Assembly (NCBI RefSeq): GCF_006345805.1
Contig: NW_021834006.1
Coordinates: 1-61,569 of the forward strand
Length of the DNA stretch: 61,569 nt
Direction of reading: 5' to 3'
Source: Octopus sinensis
Lineage: Eukaryota
Part shown: positions 26,224-38,997 of the stretch, one piece after another
How the letters are laid out: every line of letters starts with the position of its first letter
Position numbering within the stretch: the first letter of the stretch is position 1
Translations under genes and position numbers: made by a program
Notes under the pieces: model-generated
Told to the model about the DNA's origin: nothing
The model's input: only the letters and a program-made list of their open reading frames with translations
The model's database searches: none

Positions 26224-26262
26224 GCAATGAATGGAATTTCGAAAAAGTTTCGGGTGTTTGTG
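26224..26262 (-). CDS. Candidate 39-nt symmetric micro-exon (xQTPETFSKFHSLx)
   Basis: TTTAAC branch-like site, CATTCTTTACTTTTCAG acceptor, GTATGT donor, open in phase 1. Confidence 0.25.
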
Positions 26263-26899
26263 CTGAAAAGTAAAGAATGTGGTTAAAGGAAACGATTTGA
26301 CAAGTGTTGGAATCACTGAGACCAAACTCTAATGTCTTCAACCTTCATTAGTGACACATTGTTAGAAAAACAACTTCTTCTCTCTTCTTTCTTCGTCTAT
26401 TCACTTCTTTCTTTCCTTCATTTTATCTCTTTATTTTCTCTTTTGATTTCTTCATTTATTTCTGATTTCTGAGATTCGATCTTTTATTTAGATAAATTGT
26501 ATGTTTTATTGTTATTATTAACGTTCTTGTTGATGTTGTTGTCGTCTGTAAGGTTTGAGTTATATTTCTGAGATGCTAAGACAACAAACCTGGAGGAAAA
26601 ACATTCTGTTTGTATAAATTTATGTCTATATCCCATAAGTCACTTCCGCTTTTAAATCTTTGATTTTTTTTCCCCCAACAAGAAGATGTTTGCTTCTAAT
26701 AAATAAACAAACCTCTATCACTGAAATCTAAAGAATAACAACACTTCAGATCTAAATTCAAAACTTTCGAAAAGTCTTTGACATTTTTATTGTTCTTTTA
26801 ACTTCTAAATTTGCAAAATACTAAATATATCTTGTCCATTTTCGTCTGAGGACACCGAATTTTTCAAACAATTATTGAAATATTTAATAACGAATTGCG

Positions 26900-27394
26900 C
26901 CACTGATTTTAAGTATGACTGTAAGACATAAGTTCTAGGTCTCGAACATCCGATATAGTCTTAAGGGCATGCATAAACGAGGAAAGGAACAAAGTTTGTA
27001 ACGTTTGATGTGTTATCGTTGAGAGGAAAAGAAAAGCCTGGGCATGATTCATCTTGAGAAGGAAAAGATTAGAAAATGATATGACACAAAAATTAATGCT
27101 TCTTTCAGTGAGTAAGTCGTCGAAAGTAATAGCGAGGAGAAAAAGCAATGCATCTCTATGTCTTATATCTTCGAGGAAGAAATTAGAGAAGAACCCGATC
27201 GATATGTGGCACGATGTGTGGTTCAGCTGAGCAAATCCGTTGCTTGAAAGTATAATAGGCGACGTGAGAGGAAAAAAGAGCCGAAGCTGGTACACCAAAA
27301 AACCTGTTCGCATACTGATGTGCAGCTTGTGGTGAGACAAAACAAAAGGGTTTCAGTCTGAGGCAAAGCAGGAGAGATTAGGTTCTAGCACACT
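26900..27394 (+). mobile_element. Highly decayed RTE-like LINE 3' fragment
   Basis: Purine-rich coding-like relic; IIGDVRGKKSR..TPK resembles the RTE C-terminal GxVxGKRxRGRPK motif. Confidence 0.35.
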
Positions 27395-27409
27395 GTATCT
27401 TTTCCTACA

Positions 27410-27640
27410 GCGGCAAGCTGGCAGAAACGTTAGCACGCCGGGCGAAATGCGTAGCCGTATTTCGTCTGCCGTTACGTTCTGAGTTCAAATTCCGCCGAGG
27501 TCGACTTTGCCTTTCATCCTTTCGGGGTCGATAAATTAAGTACCAGTTACGCACTGGGGTCGATATAATCGACTTAATCCGTTTGTCTGTCCTTGTTTGT
27601 CCCCTCTGTGTTTAACCCCTTGTGGGTAATAACGAAATAG
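27410..27640 (+). mobile_element. SINE family B
   Basis: Perfect 15-bp TSD GTATCTTTTCCTACA (27395-27409, 27641-27655). Confidence 0.95.
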
Positions 27641-28104
27641 GTATCTTTTCCTACAAATTATGAGCAGATGACCAGTTTGTGATGATACAGTACAACGTAG
27701 AATCAAATGGGTTTGTGCAGACACAAAGTCCCTGGTGACTTATACACGCCTAATACAGTCGGACGCTTGGTCATGGCTACTGTCACCCCACACGTGTTTC
27801 TTTCCTGGTGTAAGTGTAGGCAACCATGGTAACTATAGAATTTGATTATAAAACTTTGTGGATGACTTTCTAGATTTTGGAAAATAAGTGACATTCTCTC
27901 GGAGGGCAACGCCTTACAGGTATAAACATATGAAGAGGGGTATGGGTATGTGATCCCTGCAGAGACTGGTTGGAACATGGTGAGAATTCCAAGTGTACAA
28001 CTGCTTTCAATAATGTCACCTGGTATGGCTTCTTTTATAGTTTCACCTTTAGTTTTTTTTTTTGTTTGTTTTTTTTTTGCAGTGACAAAGACGTGTGCCA
28101 CAAG

Positions 28105-28975
28105 GTACTCAACGCAAGACAAGGGAGCGAGACCCCTAACGATATTTCATAACCACCTACGTCCAACCTCACTTATAGATGATGGAATTAAACGTGCCAA
28201 CAAAATAGGCATTAAAACACTAAAGGAAACTAAACGAAGCACCACACCTCATCTCAAAATTCTACCGCATATATCAACTCACAACCCTAGAAACAAAGAG
28301 GCATACAACACTATTGCACAAAATCTACCAATACTCACTGGAATTTGGAAGCACTCCGTCGGTTACGACGACGAGGGTTCCGGTTGATCCGAATCAACGG
28401 AACAGCCTGCTCGTGAAATTAACGTGTAAGTGGCTGAGCACTCCACAGACACGTGTACCCTTAACGTAGTTCTCGGGGATATTCAGCGTGACACAGAGAG
28501 TGACAAGGCAGGCCCTTTGAAATACAGGTACAACAGAAACAGGAAGTAAGAGAAAGTTGTGGTGAAAGAGTACAGCAGGGATCACCACCATCCCCTGCCG
28601 GAGCTGCGTGGAGCTTTAGGTATTTTCGCTCAATAAACACTCACAACACCCGGTCTGGGAATCGAAACCGCGATCCTATGACCGCGAGTCCGCTGCCCTA
28701 ACCACTGGGCCATTGCGCCTCCACAATGCTCACTAGAGATTCAAAAAAAGAACAACATTCTGGAAACATATATATTCATCAAATGCAAAAAGCAATGCAA
28801 ATCGCTAAAAAATACTTCTAATAAATGCCAAGTTTTACACGACAACCGTGAAATCAATGGCTGAAAGATGTGGATGTCCAAACTGTGGAATATGCCCCAA
28901 CCGACTGGAACGCTGGGAATTCCTATTCAAACAAGGAGAGAGGTTGACAATTAAAACCAACTTCACCTGTGCATC
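28105..28975 (+). pseudogene. Penelope-like element ORF fragment (RT thumb to Cys linker, up to the GIY-YIG start), split by SINE C
   Basis: PTSLIDDGIKRA..LPHISTHNP..NLPILT|RD..KSL..RCGCPNCGICP..FTCAS: the Cys-rich linker typical of Neptune-type PLEs. Confidence 0.75.
28340..28723 (-). mobile_element. SINE family C, tail type 1
   Basis: 11-bp TSD CAAT(A/G)CTCACT (28329-28339, 28724-28734). Confidence 0.95.
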
Positions 28976-29094
28976 TTCAAGGTTTCTTCAAGTTTAAAAT
29001 GCGACATTACTGGCATAGTTTCGATAGATCTATAGTTCACAATATATAAATACATAAAAAACAGGACAAGCACACACACAGAGACAAGAACAAG

Positions 29095-29134
<40 letters not shown>

Positions 29135-29199
29135 CAAGCACGCACGCACGTGCAACCCGTTAGCTTTCTTCCCCTCCTCCCATTTCGTCAACTGACAGT

Positions 29200-29369
29200 T
29201 GACAACAGCCACAGAAAGAGCCGAACTGAAATGTTTTGGTCCATCGAGTTATATCGAAAGAATGCCCCTAGCACTCGTTCTAAAGGTTTCTTTTGCTGAA
29301 CCACTAAGTTAGGGGACGTAAACACTCCAGCACCGGTTGTCAAACGCTGGAAAAGGACAGACACAAAGG

Positions 29370-29409
<40 letters not shown>

Positions 29410-30074
29410 ATATATATATATATCTATATATAAAACTGTAGTTGTGTGAGTGTCTGTCCCCTTCGATTAGATTCCTAACTACTCCCACACATTTTGCGGT
29501 GCAGTTTAACCAAATTCGGGTATCTTATAGTCGTGATTCATATCGAGCCCGTCTGAGTATTAGCGCGCGTCTACGATGAGTCTACGATTTAAAAAATAAT
29601 TTAACATCATTTTTTATTCCATTTTAATGCATAATTTTTCGTGTGTCGATGGCGGCGGAGTTGGCGTCCATGTTCACACCTGCACCTGTTTGCTTCTCCC
29701 CCCCCTCTTCCCTCCCCCGTGAAGCTGTGGGGAAGGGAGTGTAAGGAAATCAACGTCGTAAAGCGTTGTCAAGGAGACCAGCGTTCTTTTAGAACAACGA
29801 CTTCATGGCTTGAAGACACCAAAACAGAAATGGCTAAGAAAGCCCGAATTGGCATCTATAAGGGAAGTAACTCTCTAAAAATGCTTATATAGTTATTTCC
29901 CTTACAAACCCGAGCAACGCCGGGCGATACTGCTAGTATATATATATATATACGTGTGTTTGGGTATAAGAAATAATTAAAATTCGGCTCAATTAAGTAC
30001 TTAAGCTGAGGCACCAACTTAAGTACCGGTATTATCCGCACAGCTGGAAGTTATATACATATATATATATATAC

Positions 30075-30105
<31 letters not shown>

Positions 30106-30285
30106 ACATACATACACACACACACTATGGGCTTTCTGCAGTTTCCGTCTACGAAATCCACTAACAAGACTTAGGTCAGGCCGCGGCTATAGTAGAATAC
30201 ACTTGCCCAATCTTCCATGCAGTTGGACTGAACCCAGAACCACGTGGCTGGTAAGCAAGCTTCTTACCACACGACCACACTCATG
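29200..30285 (-). mobile_element. Diverged SINE A split by a Helitron
   Basis: Tail half at about 29200-29410 and head half at 30127-30285, separated at the internal microsatellite. Confidence 0.75.
29423..29936 (+). mobile_element. Non-autonomous Helitron (family H2)
   Basis: A|TCTATATATAAAA ... CCCGAGCAACGCCGGG-CGATACTG-CTAG|T. Confidence 0.9.
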
Positions 30286-30774
30286 AAGCCAGCTTTGAAG
30301 AAGAAAAGCATCGTTGACAACAAGTTTCCCAGAGGTTACTCACTGGTTCTTCGTATTCCTGATGGCGAGAGTATCCAGAAAGTGTCTCTAACTCGGCTTA
30401 ACTCTCAGTTCTTTTCGGTAAAGTTCTTACACTTCACTGATATACAGAGACGCCTTCCACCGGACTAATTAGATTAACGAATGAAATTGCCGTATCTTAA
30501 AGTTTGTAAACCACCCAACTGTAAACATACAAGTCTTCGCGATACCCGCATCTTAGTGTAATTGTTTGGTCGTTTCAATGGCTATTGATTCTGAAATTGG
30601 TATGCGCTCAGATAGCTTTATACTAAACCACTTAAATAACTGATTCTAGTGTTGAAATTTTTGATCTTTATTGCTTTCTTAAGTTTGCCACACATCAACC
30701 CTTTTACTTGTCTCTGAATCAACCATAAATTGTTTTAACTTCTTCTTTTGTTCCTTAATATCACAAATAATTAA

Positions 30775-30950
30775 CGACCCGAAATGGTAGAATCGTTCGC
30801 ATGCTGCGTAAAAGGCTCAGCTGTGTTTCGTCCGTCCCTACGTTCTGAGTTCAAATTCTGCCGGAATCGACTTTATCTTTAATCCCTTTCGAGTGTTAAA
30901 GGTAACTGAGTACTAGTTTCGCTCTAATCTATCCACCCTTCCCAGAACTT
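30775..30950 (+). mobile_element. Decayed SINE B
   Basis: ACGTTCTGAGTTCAAATTCTGCC..TCGACTTT is recognisable. Confidence 0.7.
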
Positions 30951-31012
30951 CCTGAAAATGAGCAAAGATAGGTTGGTGTCATATAGATGAATAACGAAGA
31001 GAAACAAATATA

Positions 31013-31314
31013 TCTTTATATATAAAACTGTAGTTGTGTGTGTGTCTGTCTACTTCGATTTAGATTCCTAACTACTCCCATATTTTGCGGTGCAGTTTAA
31101 CCAAAACCGGGTATCTTATAGTCGTGATTCATATCGAGCCCTTCTGGGTATTAGCACGTGTCTACGATGAGTCTACGATTTAAAAAAAATTACCATCATT
31201 TTTCCGCATTTTTAATCCATTTTTGCTCGATTTATATAAGGGAAGTAACTCTCTAAAAATGCTTATATAGTTATTTTCCTTACAAACCCGAGCAACGCTG
31301 GGTGATACTGCTAG
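31013..31314 (+). mobile_element. Non-autonomous Helitron H2, shorter variant
   Basis: Matches both ends of 29423-29936 but lacks about 210 bp internally; hairpin plus CTAG end. Confidence 0.9.
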
Positions 31315-31842
31315 CATCAAATAAAATACAACCTAAATTCTTCATTTATTGAGCTACTGCCCGCTTCCATAGAAGGTGCAACAATCGTTTGGGGAATTCT
31401 TGATTCTTGAGGCAATCTCCCTTTCTCGTTTGGTCACGGCCTTGCATACCACCTAACAGTTTATTTCTGTTTTCAATAAATCAAAAATTTATTGTTGTAT
31501 GGCATTTAATACACCTTTATTCGTTTTTATTGTTTAAATATGCATGCCACAAATCACCCCGAAATATTGCTCTTAGTTTTGTTTTATTTATGCTCTTTAT
31601 CCTTTCCTTCCCTGTGTGTGTGTTGTGTGTGTGTGTGTGTGGTGTGTGTGTGTGTGTGTGTTGTGTGTGTGTACAGATATTTTAAATTTGTGTACGGGAA
31701 ACGTTTTGAATAAGCAAATATAGCTCCTATTCTTCCATTATGCCAGCTAAAGTCTAAAGATGCTGACTGGTGAACCAGTTTTCTTGGGGTTGCATCGAGC
31801 TGTACAGATATATAGTGTAGGATAAATATAGTAACAATAACA

Positions 31843-31934
31843 ATAATCTTTGGATGGAAGTTATAAATATTTCAATGCATCGCTACGCGCGTAGCGTTGC
31901 ATTAAATTATTTATAAATTACATCCAAGGATTAT
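31843..31934. repeat. 92-bp imperfect palindrome
   Basis: Centre CGCTACGC|GCGTAGCG at 31888/31889; arms gap-free with a few mismatches. Confidence 0.9.
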
Positions 31935-31956
31935 ACGTACGCATATGTACATATAA

Positions 31957-32029
<73 letters not shown>

Positions 32030-32059
32030 CATATGATTACCCTTTTGCTCTTTTACTGC

Positions 32060-33763
32060 ATCACTCTCACGAAAAAGAGAGGGCATATAAGGAAACTTGA
32101 ATTATAGAAGATATCAAGTCGAACCCTAAAGCTTTCTTTAACGTTGCCAAAAAAAAAACAGCCTTTGTACGCCACAAGATAGGGCACCTCTTCCAGAAAG
32201 ATGGTTCCCTCACAAGAAACCCAATGAGGATAAGGTGAAATACTGAAAGAACAATTCCAAAGTTTGTTCACTACTCATCTGGGACGCAGGAAAGTGAACA
32301 GACCAGCAGAATTCATTGCCACTTTACCTGTAACGAAAGAGGCGAAAATTGGTTACATCAACATGAAAGATGTAACACTGGCCATAATCTATTTGTTTAT
32401 TTATTTATGTATGCAATTTCTATAATGACAAACACTTTGGCACTAATTTATATGCTTTTCTACCTTTACCCACCATAACTTGCGCTATATCTACCTCTCT
32501 ACGCACCAGCATTTTCTCTTCTCTTTTTCTTCAAACTTTTTGACGCAAACCCAGCTGCTGGCCCTAATGGATTTCCAGCATTCCTTCTCAAATCGTGCAA
32601 ACAGACCCTTGCAAAACCACTGCAACTTCTTTTTCAGATCTTTCTTGCAAGTGGGAATAATATGCCCTATTCACAAAGGCGGAAGCAGAGCAGAGGCTAA
32701 AAATATAATTGGTCTCTTTCTCTGACCTCAGACATCAAAGTCATGGAACAATAGTCCACAAGAAACTAATCACGCTCCTTGAAGAAAATGCCCTGCTAAC
32801 AGACACTCAGCATGGATATCGACCAAGCAGAAGTTGCCTGATACAGATCTTACAACATTATGACTGGGTGTTACAACAGTAGCTAAACGAATCAAGTGTG
32901 GATGTGATATATCTCAATTTTGTAAAAGCCTTTGATAAAGTCGACCATGGTTTGATGCATTACAAATAGCGTGATCTCGGTGTAGTTGGGAAACTTGGAG
33001 AGTGGTTACACGACTTTCTAAAAGATAGACGTCAGGCAGTGGGTGGGGGAGCAATGGAGCCACCTAAAAGGAAACACAAATAGTAAGTGGTGTTCCATGG
33101 GGTACTGTCTTAGGGTCACTGCTGTTTATAGTGACCCTCTCAGACAGGTCCTCAGTTGCTAAGATAGCCACCCTCACTAGCTATGCAGATGGCATAAAAG
33201 TCTCTCAAACAATTCAAAATCCTGAGAATATTGCGCATCTACAATGGGACGGAATGTACATGTGAGCTAAGGACAACATGCAGTTTAATGCAGGAAAATT
33301 CCAAGGCTTGCGCTACCAGCACACAAAACAACGACATGCAGACAGGAAGATGCTGGAAGGCCTTGTACCAAACTTTGGCATTGAAAGTTACACAAACAGC
33401 AAAACGGGGTGCCACTGCATGGTGCCAAAGATCCCAGCATCACCATCAAAATGCAGGACCAGATACTACAACAGCTTGAGTTTCAAGGGCCCACTGATCT
33501 TCAATATCCTTCCAAAATGCCTAAGAGACCTGCATGGTATGGATGTTGGTGTCTTCAAAACAAAACTGCACCTTCTGCCAAGGGTTCCTGATGAGCCTTC
33601 CTCACGGTGGGAAACACAGATTAGAGCAGCAGCCTTAAACTCGTTCATTGACCAAATGCCACATATCAGAGAAGGTTTCAAATAATGGTGTTGCACACTC
33701 AACGGTGGTGCCCTAGCATGACCGCAGCTATAAAGCTGAAACAATTTAAAGAATTAAAGAATT
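32060..33763 (+). pseudogene. 5'-truncated CR1-group LINE (decayed reverse transcriptase, 3' tail retained)
   Basis: KSNPKAFFN, AAGPNGFP, ICPIHKGGS, QHGYRPSRSC, DVIYLNFVKAFDKVDH, SGVPWGTVLG, YADGIK, MQFNAGKFQ, FNILP..VPDEP. Stops, deletions and a ~160-bp insert near 32388-32545; tail repeats (TAAAGAAT). Confidence 0.92.
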
Positions 33764-33796
33764 TTATACACACAGACACACACACACATACATATA

Positions 33797-33855
<59 letters not shown>

Positions 33856-33988
33856 ATATATATATATAAAGTTAATCCAAATCCCCTGCCTTCTATATAT
33901 ATATATATATATATATACCGGAGTAAACACATAAATGTGAAACAAGGTGGAAAAAAGAGTACTCAAATACCAGTGGTAGAGTAATATG

Positions 33989-34179
33989 CTTTATTTAAAG
34001 CAGCAGAAAATTCAACAAAACCTGTTACTCTTAGTTTCCCGGACAGTTTTTGCTGGAATGGAACATGTCGATTCTAGAATCGACATATCGGTTCCATTCT
34101 AGCAAAAACTGTCCAATGAACGGCAACGGGAAACTCAGAGTAACAGGTTTTGTTGAATGTTCTGCTGCTTTAAATAAAG
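33989..34179. repeat. 190-bp inverted duplication of a Penelope-like pLTR with a decayed hammerhead in the right arm
   Basis: Centre TCGATTCT|AGAATCGA (34075/34076). Right arm reads CUGU-CCAAUGA-ACG-GCAA-CGG-GAAA-CUCAGAG-UA-ACAG. Confidence 0.8.
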
Positions 34180-34890
<711 letters not shown>

Positions 34891-35260
34891 AAAGAAATTC
34901 TTCTTATCGAAACTCTGAAAACAACAAACTAAAATAAAGTATAAGAGCAAAGTAAATGAGCCAAAGAAAAAAGGCAAAGAATTCCATGCGAAAACGTCGT
35001 AAAAGCAGATGAGTATCAGAGAAGATAGGAATTATAAAGTAACTCACACACAATATGGTTCTATAGGATGGAGTTTGATGTATGGTAGTGGTTTAAAATT
35101 TAAATAAATGCTTCTAGGTATACAATCAATAGCAGGTTGGTGGGGTGGAGAACAGGGAAGATGTCAGATGATGCCGAAAAATTGTGAATGATAATAATAA
35201 TAATAATGATAATAATAATAATATAATAATAATAATATAATAATAAATAATAATAATAAT

Positions 35261-35297
<37 letters not shown>

Positions 35298-35305
35298 TAA
35301 TAATG

Positions 35306-35344
<39 letters not shown>

Positions 35345-36951
35345 TAATATAATAATAAATAATAATAATAATAATAATAATAATGATAGAGAAAGGAAGA
35401 CATTTTTTGTAAGGAAATCAATGGTTTTGATGTTGCAAGGAATGAAAGATAGTGAAAAGTTTGCCAACCATATATATATTTTATATTCCAGAATTTTCTG
35501 TCTTCTTCAGAAATTGTGAAAATAAATTATCTTAATCTCAGATTATCATCAATTTGAAATTCTATTAATAAAACTGATATATATTTGACATAAGCGACAG
35601 TATAATACAGAAGAGTGTGCATAACGTGCTGTGTGTGTGCCAGAGAAAACATACATTAGAGTGTGTAATATGACAGAGTACAGTGTATATGACAATAAAG
35701 TACAGTGTGTAGAACAACAAAGTACCGCATGTAAAATGCAGAGTGTAGAATAATAAACAATAGATATTAGAATGAACGATATAGTCAAGATCTAATACAA
35801 CCCACAGCCAGACTGCAACTATAGCAGCACAATGTCTTGTCTATTTAGTCACAAATGCCTTTCAAAGAGTTGAGAGGACTCGATATCGTGTTGCTGTAAC
35901 GTTTATCTGAAGTTGTTATCACAAAAGGAATTATATGCGACGCACATATATTTGAAGTTACACATTAACTCGTATAACACATAGATAAGCAAGATATGCA
36001 CACAATATTTTTTCTTCTTCAAAAACAGAAGCTTTACATCACTATCCCAATGTATCTGGAGGCTTAGAGAGAAACGAATCAGCATAATTTTAATAAGATT
36101 ACATTGTCAAACTTTGAACAGTTTGCATTAACAGGTTGAAAAGATGTCGTGTTTGTCTACCTGAGAAGACGAAGTTCACAGAATATTGAGATCTTCAACA
36201 GAAGACAAGAAATGATAACAAAGTGAAAACAGGTAAACAAATATCTCATATAGAGCCACTTCCGACTACATACAGGAGAACATACACCTTGTATGTAGGA
36301 GAAAGTAGATGTTACTGGCACACCTTTCCACGGAAACAACGCTTATGTAACTATGTATACTTGTCTAATTTCTATGGACCCTCTACACAGACTCTCAGCT
36401 TATGAGGAATGGCAGTCAAATCTCCTCAAGTTTAAAGACGACAAGATGTATATTGAATAATGTAAGGCTAGACGTAGCATACGTAAATAAGAGATGGTCA
36501 CTATAAGAAAATACTTGGTAAAATCCAATTCAATTAGATTTGATCTAAAGCTAGCGAAATATCAAACCACATACATTATACTGAAATAAGTTATGTATGT
36601 AATCAGGAGTTAAACGTACGATAATCTTAAATCAAGAAATGACGATATTATCAGTTGTAATAATATTTCCTTGCTCTTTTCCTGCCTACTAAAACGGAGC
36701 AACAACATGGCCACCCACTATAATTTAATTAAAATGATGAGACTAAGACCTTTAAGCGTCAATGGATTTAAGACAGTTATGATTTCGAACAAATTATGAG
36801 AAACTAATAAGGAAATGTAGAGAACCATTAGTAAAAAGATCGAACGCGGATAGTGATAACTTCAATTCAATAGAATGAAAATCAAGTGGTGTCAGTCAGC
36901 AAAGATACATACACATACAGACATACATCACACACGCACATCATACGCACA

Positions 36952-37030
<79 letters not shown>

Positions 37031-37044
37031 CACACACATATATA

Positions 37045-37198
37045 GTTTAAGCCAATGGCGATATTATTGAATAAATTTACTCTTTAGTATTTCAAGATAT
37101 TTTTATGTAATTTTGGTAAATATATCTATGAAAATGAGATGTCAGTGTTATTTTCATTTTTCCGTAATTTAGACAAACAGTTTAATCACCGCACCCTG
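37045..37198 (+). mobile_element. 3' end of a Tc1/mariner (DD37D/maT-like) element
   Basis: Reverse complement of 37791-37943; ends CACCGCACCCTG|TA. Confidence 0.85.
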
Positions 37199-37204
37199 TA
37201 TATA

Positions 37205-37250
<46 letters not shown>

Positions 37251-37276
37251 GTGTGTGTGTGTGTGTGTGTGTGTGA

Positions 37277-37580
37277 GGAGGCGCAATGGCCAAGTGGTTA
37301 GGGCAGCGGACTCGCGGTCGTAGGATCGCGGTTTCGATTCCCAGACCGGGCGTTGTGTGTGTTTATTGAGCGAAAACACCTAAAAGCTCCACGAGCGTCC
37401 GGCAGGGGGTGGTGATCCCTGCTGTACTCTTTCACAATTCTTTCTCCCACTCTTTCTTCTGTTGGCCTGCTCGCTTAGCCAGCGGGGTGGCGTCATTTGA
37501 AGGCTAAAACAATGCGAACGCATTGTGACTAGCGATGTGTAACTACATCTGATGGACTGGTCGGTCACGTGATCACGTGA
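37277..37580 (+). mobile_element. SINE family C, tail type 3
   Basis: Same ~175-bp head as the other C copies, with an unrelated tail ending TCACGTGATCACGTGA. Confidence 0.88.
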
Positions 37581-37635
37581 TATATATATAAACATCTTTT
37601 AAATTGCATTTTCAAACCTTCGTTCGTATATATAT

Positions 37636-37701
<66 letters not shown>

Positions 37702-37790
37702 CATATATTAGAGTGTGTAATACGATAGAGTACAATGCAATTTAACTATAAAGTACAGTGTGTAGAACAACAAAGTACCGCTGTAAAATG

Positions 37791-38222
37791 CAGGGTGCGG
37801 TGAATAAACTGTAGCCTAAATTACGCAAAAATGAAAATAACACTGATATCTCGTTTTAACAGATGTATTTACCAAAATTACATAAAAATATCTTGAATTA
37901 CTAAAAAGTAAATTTATTCAATAAAATCATCATTGGCTTCAACCACGGCCTCCAGACAACTTCGGAATCTCCTAAAATTCTTCTGGGCGGCCTCCTTGTT
38001 TAACTTGTTGAAACTGCCATAATCTCTGTCTTCAGTTCATCTTTAGCGTTACAAGGAGTTTTGCTGGCCTCTCGCTCAACTATGGCCCCACGCGTAATAA
38101 TCAAAGTGGTTGTAGTCTGGGAAGTTAGGTGACCAGGTGTGAGGGGTGATTTTGTCGCAGAAATTATCTGACAGCCATGACTGGGTTCTCCTGCTTGTGT
38201 AGCATAGTACAGAGTCCTGTTG
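37791..38222 (-). pseudogene. DD37D (maT-like) transposase C-terminal relic with TIR
   Basis: QQDSVLCYTSRRTQSWLSDNFCDKITPHTWSPNFPDYNHFDYY..EAVVEANDDFIE*; TIR starts CAGGGTGCGGTG. Confidence 0.85.
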
Positions 38223-38463
38223 CTAGCGTTTCTGCCAGCTCGCCGCCTTATCCCTCCTTGCCGGCGAAATGCTTAAGCGGTATTACGTCTGCCGTTACGT
38301 TCTGAGTTCAAATTCCGCCGAGGTCGACTTTACCTTTCATCTTTTCGGGGTCGATAAATTAAGTACCAGTTACGCACTGGGGTCGATGTAATCGACTTAA
38401 TACCTATGGCTGTCCTTGTTTGTCCCCTCTATGTTTAGCCCCTTGTGGGTAATAAAGAAATAG
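38223..38463 (+). mobile_element. SINE family B with inverted 5' end
   Basis: 38223-38249 is the reverse complement of the B start; after a 10-bp spacer the remainder is in sense orientation. Confidence 0.9.
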
Positions 38464-38884
38464 GTATAAAGGCCAATCTAGCTGTGTGAGTATTTCTGTA
38501 TGTATTTTTGCATGTATAGGTGATGGGAGTAGAGGAAGGAATGGTTGTAATATGGGGATGGTGGTGTTTGTGGTGGTGTTGAATTTATTTGCTATTCATT
38601 CTGCAAATTTTAAGGATGGTCATTCATTCAGCAGATTTAATGATGGTAGTATATCTCTTTAAGGAGAAAAACAACTAGTTTTAAATCTCTAAATGAGATC
38701 TATAAGTGGCAGTCTTGCATAGGATTATGTTACTACTTTTTAACCCCAGGAAAACATCTTTTCCAGCTGGTTATCGACACATGATCTGTGTCCGAGACAT
38801 ACTGTAAGGGGGTTTCCTATCCCCTTCTAGCCGTTAGCAGTACCAGCAGACCAATAGTTTCTGGGTAATTTTCCGTCTTCGCTA

Positions 38885-38997
38885 GAATACAAGAAAAGAT
38901 ACGATAACTGAAAGAAAGTAATCCATTGGGAGCTTTGTAAAAAGCAAGGATTTGGACATTAATAAATGGTATGAACATGAACCTAGTAAAGTACTAA
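38885..38997 (+). pseudogene. Small R4/Dong-like RLE LINE fragment
   Basis: EYKKRYDN*KKVIHWELCKK..KWYEHEPSKVL. Confidence 0.7.

Noticed and set aside
33278-33685. 135-aa ORF as a host gene
   Set aside because: It is the C-terminus of the decayed CR1-like ORF2, fused across a deletion.
35042-35062. Minus-strand 9/13-nt micro-exon (and 50792-50812)
   Set aside because: Ambiguous donor choice or an in-frame stop in phase 1; not distinguishable from background.
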